This document shows, piece by piece, positions 15,851 to 29,789 of a stretch of DNA of 64,000 bases. Made by a program: the position numbers and the translations under genes. The notes under the pieces are model-generated. The model searched no databases. It was given only the letters and a program-made list of their open reading frames with translations, and was not told where the DNA came from. The stretch comes from the human T2T-CHM13v2.0 reference genome, Homo sapiens. Position 1 is the stretch's first letter. The number at the start of each line of letters is the position of its first letter. The stretch covers positions 37,088,001 through 37,152,000 of the forward strand of contig CP068257.2 of assembly GCA_009914755.4 (NCBI GenBank), read 5' to 3'.

Positions 15851-17885
15851 AAATGTATTCTCTCCCAGTTCTGGAATCTTGAAGTCTGAAATCAAGGCGT
15901 TGTCAGGGCCCTGGTCTCTCTGAAGCCTCTGCTAAGGTCTTTCCCTCACCCTTAGCTTCTGGTGGCTGCCAGCAACCCTTGAATATCCCTTGCTGTATAG
16001 ACATATCGCGCCGGTCTCTGCCCGTGTTGTCACGTGGTCTTCTCCTTGTGTGTGCATGTCTCTCCATGTCCAAATTTCTGTCTTCTCATAAGAACACTGG
16101 TCATTGGATTTAGGGCCTACTCTAACCCAGTACAACCTCATCATAATGTAATTATGTCTGTAATGACCCTATGTCCAAAAAGAGAAGCTCTTTGTCAATG
16201 CTCAGCCAGTCTTCATCTAGCTGTCATACCCTGGGCATTTCTTCTAAGTTCCCTGCCTCTGAGTGGAGCCTCGTTCCCTGGGTCCCGAGAGCCTTTCCTT
16301 CCCTTCCCAGTTCAGTGCTACAAGCCGGGTGCCCGAACTCTCTTGTCAACTGCCTTCTGGCTGAGTTTGGCTGGTGGAAGGCACTGGCAGGGAAGTGGTT
16401 GAAATATTAGGTTAGTCATATTAAATCACCAATATCTGAACTTTTTTTAACCTGAAAAGGCAATTTCATATAATTGTAAGTAGTTTTTGTTTTGCTGGTT
16501 GGACTTCAATTGATAAGGAATTGAGCTTAGCTGTAAAGATTGGCCCTGCTAGAAAGATTGGCCAGCAAAGCTGAAAGTCATTCCCCAGTAAGAAGTAAAA
16601 ACTACCCATTTTTAGTTCAGCGTGGGCTAATTTATTGATCATACTCTTTAATTCCCTCCAGGACAAATCGGCCTTGTTAAAACTGCTAGGAAATGAAGCA
16701 GACGTTGTCAGGAGCAGCATGTTATTTAAGAAGTGAAGGAAATATTGGTTTGATTTATAATAATTTGCATTAATGGTTTTAAATCATAATGTTGTAGAAT
16801 TTTCTCCTTAGTTCAGCTAAAACCAGGGTCTTGTCACATGACCAGGAAAGATTAGGCTCGCAGACACACAGAAGGGTGAGAAAAATGGAATTTTATTGTT
16901 TGAAAAGGAAAAAAAAAAAAAACACAGCAAAGCGAGAGAGGTTTCTGTAAACAGGCCCACATCTCACAGACCAAACCCCAGGTTACCACCCAGGAACAGG
17001 AGAGGCCAGGATCCTCCCCGCTGCAAACAACTGGAACTTCCCAAGACCCCGCCCCATCTTCCCAGTGAGCAAGTCGGTTGCAGATTCTCCAGGGAGCCCT
17101 TTTTACTTGGCTGTCTCAATAACACCTACTAATAAAAATGCAGTGGAGGTCTTAGGCTTGTGGGAACCTCAACCACCATTCTTTTATTTTAAAACCACGA
17201 TCTGACATCTAAGTTAATGTATCCTTCTTTCAAGTTGTCTGTTTGAAAGGCTCTGACCTTTTTCCAGGATTAACATCAAAACTTCTCTCAAGAACCTCCC
17301 TGACACAGCTTTTCAGACCCACCTTTTTAGTCCTAGGATAATTTCACTGACTTTGACAACTCACTTTATTCGTCGGATTAATCGCAAACTGACTTCTCGT
17401 TGTTACAAAAGGGTGAGCTCTCCCTTAGATGGAATGTGTTGTCACCACTCTTTAATATTCTAAACAAGGCCTGAAAAAAAGGTGTTTGCCACATGCTTTA
17501 AGCTGTCGTAGGAGCAAGAGTGTAAGCTCACAAGCCAGCTACTCAGAAGAGGCCAATTTTTATTTAGAAATTTAAGCCCTGTTACATTCATTTATTTTTA
17601 AAGTACCTTGATTTTATAATTCCACCTGTTTATGACAAAACCACTGTTTTTCACAGGAAGCACAAAATTCATTTAGGCAAAGAAGTGTGAAAATGAATGA
17701 AGTTCTGCTCCAGCTCAGCTTCAGAGGAACCAAAGCCACTTGTACCACAGAGGATTCTACAAGGTCCCAACTGATCCCAAATGGCTTCCTACTAACTGTC
17801 ACAGAGCCGAATCACACACCATTAGATTCACTGCTTAGGTCTGGTGTTATCAGAGGGCCTGCCCCAATATATGGACATGTCATGA

Positions 17886-18207
<322 letters not shown>

Positions 18208-20282
18208 TCCACCATCTTTTATCATCTTGATTAGATAAACTGTGGGAAGCAGAGAGCAGTAGCCTGGGGAAAGGGGCTTGGGTAGACAAGCTTTGATGCG
18301 TGAGTTGTCTGCAGAAACACCAGAAGCATGAAAGAGTTTGGCATTGAGCTGCTGAGCTCAGGAGGTAGCTGCAGACACAGGGCTCCTGGCTGAGCCCTGG
18401 AGGTGGTGGGAACATGGGGCTGTGGCAGCCTCAGGGCCTGTGTCAGCCAGGTGCCCCTTGAGCAGGGGAGCAGAGTCACTGTGAGTGTTATGAGAAAAAA
18501 ACTTTTATTGTAGAAATTAGACCTTGTATAGTTGTGGAGGGAGCTGAAGAAGCCAAAGTCTCAGGGGCAGGGGGTGCGAGGAGAGGATCCTTGGTGGCGA
18601 TACCAGCCAGTCACTTTGAGAAGCCAAACACACCTTGCTGCCAAATGAGGCCACAGAGGTAGAGGGCAGGAAGGGGGTTGCCGCTGACACTGTGTCACCT
18701 CTTAGGGTCTACAGCCAAACACCTAGGAAGACCAGCAGTCAGCATCACGGGCTCGGCAGAAGAGAGGACAGAGGACGCCCGCTGAAAACCCCGAGCGACC
18801 GCTACATCTACCCACCACCACATCTGGCTGATCAAAAGGCCTCCAGACAGCAACGGCCACGGCTTCACGTCTGCTTTTAAAATCTCACTCAAATTTCCCT
18901 TTGGGCTAGCTCTAACTCAAAACCACACGGGGACCTTTCAGCTGTAGATTCTGAAGAAGTTTGTTATGGAAACATGGCCTCATTAGAATAATCGGGGAGT
19001 GGATAGGTTAGATTATTGATTGGAAATATTCATTCTTCACCCTCCCATCCTCCCATGAAGGATAGAGTGTATTTTCCTATTCCTTGACTTTAAGTTTGTC
19101 CATGTGCCTTGCCTCAGCCAGTGGAATGAGGCGATTGAGGATGTGCCAATTCTAAGCCTAGGATTAAGAGGCTTCATGGGTTTCCACTCAAATTATTTTG
19201 CTCTGCCATGGACATGAGACTAGACTACCAGGTTGGACTCTTGCTTCTAACAGGAGGATAAGAGACATAGGCAGAGTTGAACCAGTCCAGCTGAACCCAC
19301 TATACATCAGCCAAATGCTGGCTGACCTCCAGATGTGTGAGCAAACCTACCAAAATCAGCAGACCCGGATTAATCAACCCAACCTAGATTAGCTGACCCC
19401 CTGCTGACTCCCAGATGCATGAATTACATAAATGCCTACTGTTGTATGCCACTGAGCTTGTGCGGTTGTGTCTTACACAGCATTACTATGGCCATAAGAA
19501 ACCAGAACAGAAATTGGTACCAGAAGTGGAGTGCTACTCTAACAAAAACCCAAGATATGTTGAATTGGTTTGGGGACCAGTGGAAGGAAGTAGAGAAACC
19601 TAAAGAGGCTGAGAAGATGATGAGAGAAAATAACTTGAGGATGCTGAACAGTAATGATTCATGTTAAGGAGTCTGAAATAGAAAATGTACCCAATTAACT
19701 TATGAATCTAGGCATGGACATCTCCAGGCAGAATACTGAAAGTGTGGGTTGGTTGCTTTTGACTTCAAAAAGGAGATGAGCTCAGAAAAGAACTGGCCAG
19801 TTTGTAAGCAGAATTTGGAGGGAATATGAAGAATTTGGAACGTGCTGAGTTAGAAAATAAAACTGTTTCTCATTTCCAGCCTTTCCAGTCAGCAAAATAT
19901 TTTCAAATTAGGATACAGCCTGGGAGCAATAATCAACCCCAGGGTGCTTCCAGCAAGGCCTGACCTCAGAGTAAAGACCAAATCAAACACACAGTTGCAA
20001 GATACATTGTTAAGAACTTCATAAGAATTAAGGTGGAGTCTAGTAATCCTTTCAATTGTTCAAAAAGATTTTTAGAAAACTTAAGGGTGGGATGTGAGAG
20101 CAGTCTGATACACCACCTATAATACCAGTAAGCACATCGAGAAAGGAATATTTTTAAATGAATTACGGATATGGTTTTTGGTACATAGACTAGACGGAAA
20201 CCAAATATATATAAAATACACAAATTTTTCTGAGAGAGCCAGAAACTGTTCCAAATATAAAAGGATCCCTGGGCCCCTGTAT

Positions 20283-20318
20283 TTGAGTTCTCCAGAACTC
20301 TGAATAGTTCGATAGATG

Positions 20319-20394
<76 letters not shown>

Positions 20395-20503
20395 GCTAGC
20401 TAGCTATGGGGGATGGAGAAGGATTGATTTTAAGGAATTGGATCATATAATTGTAGAAGTTGGCAAGTCCAAAATCTGAGTTCTCCAGAACTCTGAAGAG
20501 TTC

Positions 20504-20546
<43 letters not shown>

Positions 20547-20680
20547 CAGATAGATAGATAGATGATAGAGAGAGAGAGAGATGATAGATATGGAGGGATG
20601 GAGAAGGATTGATTTTAAGGAATTTTAAGGAATTGGATCATATAATTGTGGAAGCTGGCAAGTCCAAAATCTGTAGGGAA
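20283..20680. repeat. Two tandem ~195-bp cassettes, each holding a (GATA)n(GACA)n tetranucleotide STR and an MLT1-derived flank
   Basis: Unit 1 reads 'gagttctccagaactctgaatagttc(gata)n(gaca)n...ggatggagaaggattgattttaaggaattggatcatataattgtagaagttggcaagtccaaaatctg'. Unit 2 reads 'agttctccagaactctgaagagttca(gata)n...ggagggatggagaaggattgattttaaggaatt...ggatcatataattgtggaagctggcaagtccaaaatctg'. Confidence 0.9.
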
Positions 20681-21528
20681 GGTCAGCAGGCTTGTGACCC
20701 AGGGAAGAGTCAGTGTTGCAGCTCTAGTCCAAAGGCAATTTACAGACAGAATTTTCTCTTCTCCAGAGGAAATAGTCTTTTATCAGCCTTCAGCTGATTG
20801 GATGAGGCCCACCCACATTATAGAGGGTCATCTGCATTACTCAAAATCTACTGGTTTAAATATCATTCCCGTCCAAAAATTGACCAAATATCTGGATTCC
20901 ATGGTCTAGCTAACTTAACACACAAAAGTAACCATCACAGTCCCAACGTTCTTCAAAATGAAAGCCAACTGGGAAAGTTTCTGGGCCACCAATAGAGCAC
21001 ATTTTCTGAAATCTTTTTCAGAAGTGCCCCAGGAGATGATACAAAAGGGAGAGGAACTCAGAGAACAGAGCCAAGACTTATGCCAAACAACAGAATGAGG
21101 AACTAGACTCAGTGACCTGAACCTGGGGCTAATCAGAGAACACTCAACGTCATCAATGCAGGGGAGCCTGGCAACATTTGCCAAGTGAGATTTCAAAATT
21201 GCTATGGACCAGTGACTAATATGTGCCTCCCATTCTTCTCCCTTTTACCTAGGTGTGCTTACTATAAGTATCCTGTCCTCATTTTACTATATTATTCTGA
21301 ATGTGTGTGTACAGGAGAGAAATCAATGTGTTCTTTTACTTCGAAAGGAGTGAAGAGGAGTTACATCTTGCCCTGATGTAGACCATGAGATCTTGAACTT
21401 TGAGTCTAACACCGTGATTGGATGAAACTTTTGGAATCTTCCTATTGAGGTTAACGTATTTTGATTAATATTATTAATAAGAGGGTGATTGTATCAACTT
21501 ATTATTCAGACATTCATTTTCTCCTCCC

Positions 21529-21554
21529 CCAATACACACACACACACACACACA
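21529..21554. repeat. (AC)n dinucleotide microsatellite
   Basis: The tract reads 'acacacacacacacacacacacaca'. Confidence 0.95.
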
Positions 21555-22299
21555 AAAGCAGAGCATGTATTACTGCCTCTAGACTTTAGGAATGCCATAT
21601 GACTTGCTTTGGTCAACAGAGCAATGTGGAATTGTTGGTGTATCAGGCCTGAGCCTAGCCCTTTTGAGGTCTCATGTGTTTCCACTTGCTTTCTTCATGG
21701 GAAAACATGTCCAGGTGAGCTTGCTGGTCACATAAGGAAAGCAATAGTCACAAGGCAGTGGAGATCAGCCCAGTGTAGATCAGCTGACCCGCCAATTCAT
21801 AGATGCATGAGCAAGTCCAGGCAAGATTGGAAAAGCCAAGCCAAATAAGTTGAGCCTAGATTAGATCATCTATCCCCAGACACATGATGCAAAATAAATA
21901 AGCTTTTTGTTGTATAAAGTTGAGTTTTTTCTGGGTTAGTCCATTTGTGTTGCTATAAAGGAAACCTTAGGCTGGGTAATTTATAAAGAAAAGAGGCTTA
22001 TTTGGCTCACAGTTCTGCAGGCTGTGCAAGAAGCATGGCGCTAGCATCTGCTTCTGGTGAGGGCTTCAGGGAGCTTTCCAATCATAGTGAAAGGGAGAGA
22101 AGAGCCAGCATATCACATGGCAAGAGAGGGAGCAAGAGAAAGGAGAGAAGGTGCCAGGCTCTTTTAAACAACCAAATCTCATGTGCACTAATAGAGTAAG
22201 AATTCCCTTATTGCCGCAAGGAAGGGACCAAGGCTTTTATGGGAAATATGCACCCAAGACAAAAAAGTCACTAAGCAGGCCCCATCTCCAACACTGAGG

Positions 22300-22644
22300 G
22301 TCAAATATCTCCCTCCCTCCTCCTTCTTTCCTTCCTTCCTTCCTTCCTTCCCTGACACAAACACCACTCACCAAGCCCCACCTCCAACATTGGGAGTCAA
22401 ATTTCTTTTTTCTTTCTTTTCTTTCTTTCTTTCCTTTCTTCCTTCCCTCCTTCCTTCCTTCTTTCCTGCCTTCTTTCTTTCTTTTTCTTTCCTTCCTTCC
22501 TTGCTTCTTTCCTTCCTTCTTTCTTTTTCTTTTCTTTCCTTCCTTCCTTGCTTCTTTCCTTCCTTCTTTCTTTCTTTTTCTTTTCTTTCCTTCCTTCCTT
22601 CCCTCTTTCCTTCCTTCTCTCTCTCTCTCTCTTTCTTTCTTTCG
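22300..22644. repeat. Long (TTCC)n/(TTTC)n polypyrimidine microsatellite, with a duplicated leader
   Basis: About 340 bp is almost exclusively T and C on the plus strand. The motif 'ccaacactgagggtcaaatatct' recurs as 'ccaacattgggagtcaaatttct'. Confidence 0.95.
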
Positions 22645-22777
22645 ACAGGTTCTGGCTTGGTCACCCAGGCTGGAGTGGAGTGTGGTGGCATGACCTCTGC
22701 CTCCTAGGCTCAAGCCATCCTCCCACCTCAGCCTCCCGAGTAGCTGGGACTACAGACTCATGCCACCATACCCGGCC
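22645..22777 (-). mobile_element. Alu fragment (right monomer only)
   Basis: The fragment reads 'gacaggttctggcttggtcacccaggctggagtggagtgtggtgg...gcctcccgagtagctgggactacagactcatgccaccatacccggcc'. Confidence 0.85.
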
Positions 22778-23155
22778 ACGAATCAAATTTCAACGTGAGA
22801 TTTGGAGGGGACAAATATTCAAACTATATCACTTTCTGATTGCTTGTGATACAACATTCTTGTGAGCATAGGACATCTATACAAGAAGTAAGCTGGAAAA
22901 AGCTTTAGGAGAATTAATAGGGGAGGGAAAATAATATTTAATGATGGCTTATAACATTGTACTTTTTTTAATTCTTAGTAAAAAATAAGATGAGATAGAG
23001 TATTGACAGATGCCTCGTATTTAATGTAATGAAAGCTAATTTCCTGTTCCCACTCCCACCCTTCCACCATCACCGCTTCCCACTGTCTTCACCAACTTGA
23101 AAAATGGCAACTTCATTCTACCAGTTGCTCACGTCGAAACCTTAAAGTCATCCTT

Positions 23156-23270
23156 GATTTCTCTCTTTCTCTCACTTCTCACATCCAATTCATCAGCAAA
23201 TTCACTTGGTGCTTCCTTTAAAATAGATCCAGAATCAAAAAATGTGTCTCATCCCTACTACCTGCTTCAA
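23156..23270 (+). repeat. Copy 1 of a ~114-bp low-copy direct repeat (partner at 24709-24822)
   Basis: Copy 1 is 'atttctctctttctctcacttctcacatccaattcatcagcaaattcacttggtgcttcctttaaaatagatccagaatcaaaaaatgtgtctcatccctactacctgcttcaag'. Copy 2 is about 95% identical. Confidence 0.9.
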
Positions 23271-24083
23271 GCCATAATCATCCTTGGTCTTGACTTTGGC
23301 CATCCTTTGGCCACCCCTGACACCTTCCTGCTTCTCATGTGCCCCCCTACACTTCATTTTCCAGAGGAGAGCCAGTATTCTTCCAGAAGAAGTCAGATCA
23401 TGCCATTATTTTTCTCACAACCTTACGATGACCGACCCCCTCCCCCCCATCACTTAGAATAAGATTTCTTACAACGGCCCACGGAGACCTAAGAGATCTA
23501 GATTCCGCCCCTTACCTCTTTGACGTCAGCTCTTACCACAGTCACCCTTGCTGGCTCTACTGCAGTTGCACGAGTTTTTGTGGTAGACCCTGTCAGGACT
23601 AAGGCCACATCCCCACAATACTCACAGGTTCTCAACTCATTTGTGCCTTCCTGCTATAAGTACCTGTGGCTCTTGACCTGAGTACTTTCTCTGGCATACT
23701 GCACCCGCGCTCACGAAAGGCACAGTGCTGCAAAGCAGCCCTCAGCTGATGTCAGACTGGATTTGGAGAATCAATATCTCTGCTTCCTCATCCCTTGGGT
23801 GGGAAAATACTGAGAGCTTATTTGACACACTGGCCTGGGTCCTCAGCAGGACTGAGCCACTTGTGCCCGTGGTGACAGCTTGCTCATTAATGCACCTAGT
23901 ATTTTCTTCTCCCCTTCCCTGTCTCACTTTCCTTCTCTACCAGGCTTTCTGGGATCACCTCCCAAGTATTCTACTTATACTCAAATCCTTGTCTCAGAGT
24001 CTGCTTTGAGAAAAACCCAATCCAATATAGCTTTCTTGCTGTTTCCTAAACATGCCAAGTATACTGCAGGGCCTATGCACTGA

Positions 24084-24517
<434 letters not shown>

Positions 24518-24708
24518 TCATTATTCTTCTTAACACTTTCACCCTGTTCATTTGTTGTTGGTGGTCTTCCCCACTAAAACGTCCCTGTGTGAGAGCAGAG
24601 AATTTGCTTGCATTGATCACTGCTGTACATTTCATTCCCAGCACCTAGGACAGTGCCTGGCACATAGTAGGTGCTCAATAAACATTTGTTGAATTAATAT
24701 ATTTCTTA

Positions 24709-24822
24709 ATTTCTCTCTTTCTCTCACTTCTCACATCCCATTCATCAGCAAATTCACTTGGTGCTTCCTTGAAAATATATGCAGAATCAAAAAATGTGTC
24801 TCATCCCTACTACCTGCTTCAG
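24709..24822 (+). repeat. Copy 2 of the ~114-bp direct repeat
   Basis: The copy reads 'atttctctctttctctcacttctcacatcccattcatcagcaaattcacttggtgcttccttgaaaatatatgcagaatcaaaaaatgtgtctcatccctactacctgcttcag'. Confidence 0.9.
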
Positions 24823-24949
24823 ATATTTTTACAAATTTTATTTTTTTACAGATTTTATTTCACAGATTTATATTTTTAAAGATATTAATGACAATGGCAC
24901 TTATTGAGGGATTTATGTTTTGACTCCTTTAACTCTCTTGACAAGTACT

Positions 24950-25105
24950 ACTGCTATCCTCACTTCACAGCTGAAGAAACTGAGGCACAGAGATGCCTCA
25001 GTTTCAGCTGGGGTAAGTGGATTACCCCAGCCACACAACCAAGATAGAGGAGAGATAGAATTTGAACCCAGGCAGTTTGGTTCTAGAGTCCACAGTCTTT
25101 GCCAT
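24950..25105 (-). mobile_element. MIR SINE fragment
   Basis: 'cagctgaagaaactgaggcacagagatgcctcagtttcagctggggtaagtgg...gaatttgaacccaggcagtttggttctagagtcc' is the reverse complement of the MIR core. Confidence 0.5.
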
Positions 25106-26640
25106 TTTCTTTCTGAGTCCCAGAAGTGTCCACAATTACACTAGACAGCTGATCAGACCACAAACTCCATTCTTTTTTGGGGGCTTGAATTTTTACTTTT
25201 TGGTAATTTTTTTTCCAATTGTGAAAGCAATACATGTTCATTGTAGGAAATGTGAATAAGAAAAAAAAATGAAGAATATTAATCTCTTAGGAATGCTGTT
25301 CATATGTGGTTGATTTTATTCCAAATTTTTTTCATCTAAGTATGTATGTCAAATATTTGATGCAAAATTAGTATCACGCAATATACTTTTACATTTTGTC
25401 TTACTTTTTACAATTTTAATATTGTGTCAGGAAACACTTGCTGTGTTAATATTCTTAGAAAATAGAATTTAAAATGCCTACACAATAGTGCAGTGAACAT
25501 GTCTTTTAATTTATTTAGAAATGTTCTTACCCTTAAGTATTTAGCTTGTCTTAGGTTTTGGTTTGGAGTAAATGAACATGTACATAAATTTCTGTGTCTG
25601 TTGCTGGATTACTCATTAGGACAATTCCTAGTAACAGAACAGCTGATTCGGAGGGCATGCCTGTGGCTGATATGGGGCTTGATTTATACTTGCAAATGGT
25701 GCTTCCAAAGTATTTGACCAATATGCATTCCCCCAGTGGTAGAGAAGACCCCGGTGCTCCCTTGCTAGAGGTTGTTTGGCTGAGTCATGCTGCCTCCCCA
25801 GCATACACAAAATGGATCTTACAGACGAGAAAATAAGGCTTAGACCAACTGGGTGACTTATGTGAGATTAGTGACAAAACCAAGCAGGGACAACAAATTG
25901 TGTTTCCTCCAAACCAGAAGAAAGAGACACGAACCAAGTGACACCCAACTGGCAGAGATACCACAGCTTGAAATGTCACCTCTCCGCCCACCAACTCCAC
26001 CCCAGCCCCTGGCCACCCACAGACTCTCTTGCAAAGCAAACACAGCATACTATGTCTTCAGCGATTCCAGAAACTTCGCCTCTTGGAACCTGCCGGAACA
26101 TTTCCAAATCATGGCCAAATTATAATTTCTCTCACCCACACAGTCACCAAATGACCCATGTGATGAGGAATTTGCTATCCATGGCAGACAAGATCCAACA
26201 CCAATAAAATGTCCTGGCCCCGGGCTGTTCAAAGGAAAGCCTCTGTTTTTAAACCTCGTATTAAAAATAAATACATAAAGTTGACAGCTGTCAGCAAGAC
26301 GTACGTGAACTAGAAACTCAGGTCATTGTCTTTTGCCTTTTTCTTAAAACAAGATGGGGTTTCTGTCCTCTATTGTGATTTGAGCCACAGCAGAGGGACC
26401 ACAGCTTGTTTTAGGATTGCAGTCAAAGCTATCACTGGAAGAACAATTTGTATTGCTATGCCAAAGCTGGGCTGCATATTAAAATATTCCCACTTCTCCT
26501 TTTGTAACTTGGAGTTTCTCATTTCTTTTTCCAAATGTCTATCAAAAATAATCTTTTTTTAAAAGAATAGCAACTTAGCCCTTGAATCATTAATTTTATT
26601 TTTTTCAATCTACTTTAAATATATATATATATTTAAATGC

Positions 26641-26995
26641 AGAGATTGTCTTAGTCCGTTCAGGCTGCTATAATGAAGTATCATAGACTGGGTGGCTCAT
26701 ACACAACAGAACTTTATTTCTCACAGCCTCGGAGGCTGGAAGTTGGAGATCAGGCTGCTGGTATGGTTGGTTGGGTTCTGGTGAGGGCTCCCTTCCAGGT
26801 TGCAGATGGCTGCCAACTTCTCATTGCATCCTCGCACGGTAGAAAGAGAACTACCAAGTTCTCTGGCCTCTTCTTATTAAGATGCTAATCCCATTTATGA
26901 GGGCTCCACCCTCATGACCTCCCAAAGCTCCCAGTACCAAGTACCATCATCTTGGGATTAGAGTTTCAACATATACATTTTGAGGGGAACATAAA
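26641..26995 (-). mobile_element. MaLR LTR, MLT1-like, near full length
   Basis: 'tcttagtccgttcaggctgctataatgaagtatcatagactgggtggctcatacacaacagaactttatttctcacagcctcggaggctggaagttggagatcagg...ggctccaccctcatgacctcc...agtttcaacatatacattttgaggggaacataaatattcagtccattgcag' is the reverse complement of the MLT1 consensus ('...tgtcttagtccgttcgggctgctataacaaaataccatagactgggtggcttaaacaacagaaatttat...'). Confidence 0.65.
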
Positions 26996-27098
26996 TATTC
27001 AGTCCATTGCAGATATAATGCATTAATTCTGTTTTCATCATCCACTTTGGAAACAGATATATTCAAAGATAGATATAATACATAAGTTTCCAATTCCC

Positions 27099-27412
27099 TT
27101 TTTTTTTTCTTTTTTTGAGACGGAGTTTCACTCTTGTTGCCCAGGCTGGAGTGCAATGGTGTGAACTACGGCTCACCGCAACCTCTGCCTCCTGGGTTCA
27201 AGCAATTCTCCTGCCTCAGCCTCCTGAGCAGCTGGGATTACAGGCATGTGCCACCACACTAGGCTAATTTTTTATGTATTTTTAGTACAGACGGGGTTTC
27301 TCCATTTTGGTCAGGGTGGTCTCAAACTCCCAACCTCAGGTGATCTACCTGCCTTGGCCTCCCAAAGTGCTGGGATTACAGGCGTGAGCCACCGCGCCTG
27401 GCTCCAATTCTT
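27099..27412 (-). mobile_element. Alu SINE with TSD 'ccaattc(cc)tttt'
   Basis: Poly-T head, 'gagacggagtttcactcttgttgcccaggctggagtgcaatgg', end '...ggcgtgagccaccgcgcctggct'. Confidence 0.95.
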
Positions 27413-27900
27413 TTTTAATTGGTTAGGATCAACTACATAAAGAGCAGCAAACTTCTGTAACTAAATGCAGGGTTTTACGGAGCTTGAGAGGTCTCTACAA
27501 TTTGTTATCTTTTAGATATTTAGATTTTTTTTCCTTTTAATCTTTATACTCTTATTTCGAACTTTCATTTAATTTTTTAGTTGAAATGAAAGTTAGACTT
27601 AACTGCAAACACTTTAAGATGAGCTCAGTTTCCTGCTCACATATTGTCTTCAGAACCCCATTCCCCACCGGCATCTGATGCCCAGCCAATTCTCGGTACA
27701 CATTTGTCATCTGTTTAGCAAAGAAGAAAGCCTCACAGATGTGAAGTGACTTACCTAGGCTGCATCATAAGACTGACAGAGGCAGGGCCAGAACCTTCTT
27801 CTGAATCAAATTCCGTCCCAACCTCCCTACCCAGAGAGAAAGCCTAGCTAAATTGCTAAATTACCTGCAGGCCAGGCCCTATTCCAGCTGCATGCAATTC

Positions 27901-27924
27901 TTTTTTTTTTTTTTTTTTTTTTTT
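27901..27924. repeat. T24 homopolymer not attached to a recognisable SINE body
   Basis: 'gcatgcaattc' + t24 + 'gccttgcaatgcact'. The flanks resemble each other. Confidence 0.9.
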
Positions 27925-29035
27925 GCCTTGCAATGCACTGGGGGCCATGTTAAGAACATCCTTAGTTCGGTACAACTTTAGACTGGTGGGTTGTTGTCTA
28001 GAAAATATTTTTTCTACTAGAAAATTATTTGTTCAAGCTTTGGGAGAACTTGCAAAAAACATTTTCAACTTTGTTTAAAAATCATAGTTAATGCTTCAAA
28101 ACCCAACCCATGTCCTAATTCCAGTCCTCTCCTCTCTAGAGGAGAGCGTAGGGCTTTTCCTTTCCACCCTGCTGCCCAACCAGTAGCCAGGACCCTTCCC
28201 TGGAGAGGTCACCTGCCCACCATCCTGTCCCCTTCAACCCCCAAGTGCAAAGTCACCAGGTGCCAGCTCCCTATACCCCTCACCCCTCACCTGCACTCTC
28301 TCCTGATGGTGACTCCTTGCAGCCCTCACTTGTACACATGGGCAGGAAAAGGGAGCCAGTTCCTTGGGCATAGGGCTGCCCCCTAGGCAGAAAGATAAAG
28401 ATCCACGCCCTATTCACCCCACCTCTGCCCAGTCCAAGGGAAGCCATCATCAACCTTCCACCATCTCCTTGGCAAACTCCAATTTTTTAACCCACACACC
28501 CAATATCTATTAAAATATTGATTTGTTTTGTAAATAATATACAAGTGTTCAAATAATTTTTATGTGTCCTATAAAAATAAAAGTACTGAAATTTGAGATA
28601 AAAATAGGTATGAAGAGAAATCCTAATATTTTCTTTCAGCACCCCCAGGAGACTGCTTACAGAGGTATTTGCTCGCACACATACACACACTCCTTGAGGT
28701 GTGCACACTCTTCTCAGAACCTTTCCATCCAGCGTGTTCTGGAGCCTGGGTCTGTAGCATCAGTGCTCTGCGTCGACCACTGGGGAGTGGGGAGGGGTGG
28801 GCACCCATCAAACAAGCACTTTAGGCACACTTCACCCATCCTGTCCACCATGGACAGAATGCTAGAGGAAAAAAATTTTCTCATGTTTTTTGCCTGTATC
28901 TGCTTTTGTATTTTTACATTACCAAAGCCCATCCTACTCAGCCTTTAGAATTCTAAAGAATACAATTTATGTAATGTATAGCTGAGGGTATAGGATGGCG
29001 CTCAGTTCAGTATCTTTGTGTTTCCTTTTTCCTTT

Positions 29036-29650
<615 letters not shown>

Positions 29651-29789
29651 AGCCTCAGTATTTTTAAACCCAAATTATTGCCAGAGAAATTGGTATATTT
29701 ATTCAGATGAAAAATACTTGCATTAGTAAGCGAAAATATCTGTCATCGTCACTTTACAGAAAATGGAAAAGGATGAGGATTGCACAAAA

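Larger units (their letters stand above)
21933..22831 (-). mobile_element. MaLR LTR (MST/THE1-like) interrupted by a (TTCC)n expansion and an Alu fragment
   Basis: 'ttagtccatttgtgttgctataaaggaaaccttaggctgggtaatttataaagaaaagaggcttatttggctcacagttctgcaggctgtgcaagaagcatggc' is the reverse complement of the MST/THE1 3' end. The LTR resumes at 22779 with 'gaatcaaatttcaacgtgagatttggaggggacaaatattcaaactatatca'. Confidence 0.7.

Noticed and set aside
18590-18880. Second, smaller CpG-containing GC-rich patch with ORFs (18635-18880 plus strand, 18695-18892 minus strand).
   Set aside because: Only about a dozen CpGs over 300 bp, no splice or TATA signals recognised and the ORF peptides are low-complexity. 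It is too weak to call a CpG island or gene without computation.
20283-20680. Regularly spaced repeat blocks that could superficially resemble a CRISPR array.
   Set aside because: The 'repeats' are tetranucleotide microsatellites ((GATA)n/(GACA)n) and the 'spacers' are two copies of the same flank. The context is eukaryotic, there is no 28-37-bp palindromic repeat and no cas genes.
22237-22713. 158-aa lysine/glutamate/arginine-rich ORF and overlapping 105-107-aa ORFs.
   Set aside because: They are translations of the (TTCC)n/(GGAA)n microsatellite in different frames, i.e. low-complexity artefacts.
28560-28950. 128-aa plus-strand ORF in non-repetitive sequence.
   Set aside because: No splice-site or start-codon context, cysteine/histidine-rich low-complexity peptide, and the opposite strand carries overlapping ORFs of similar length. 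It is most likely noise.
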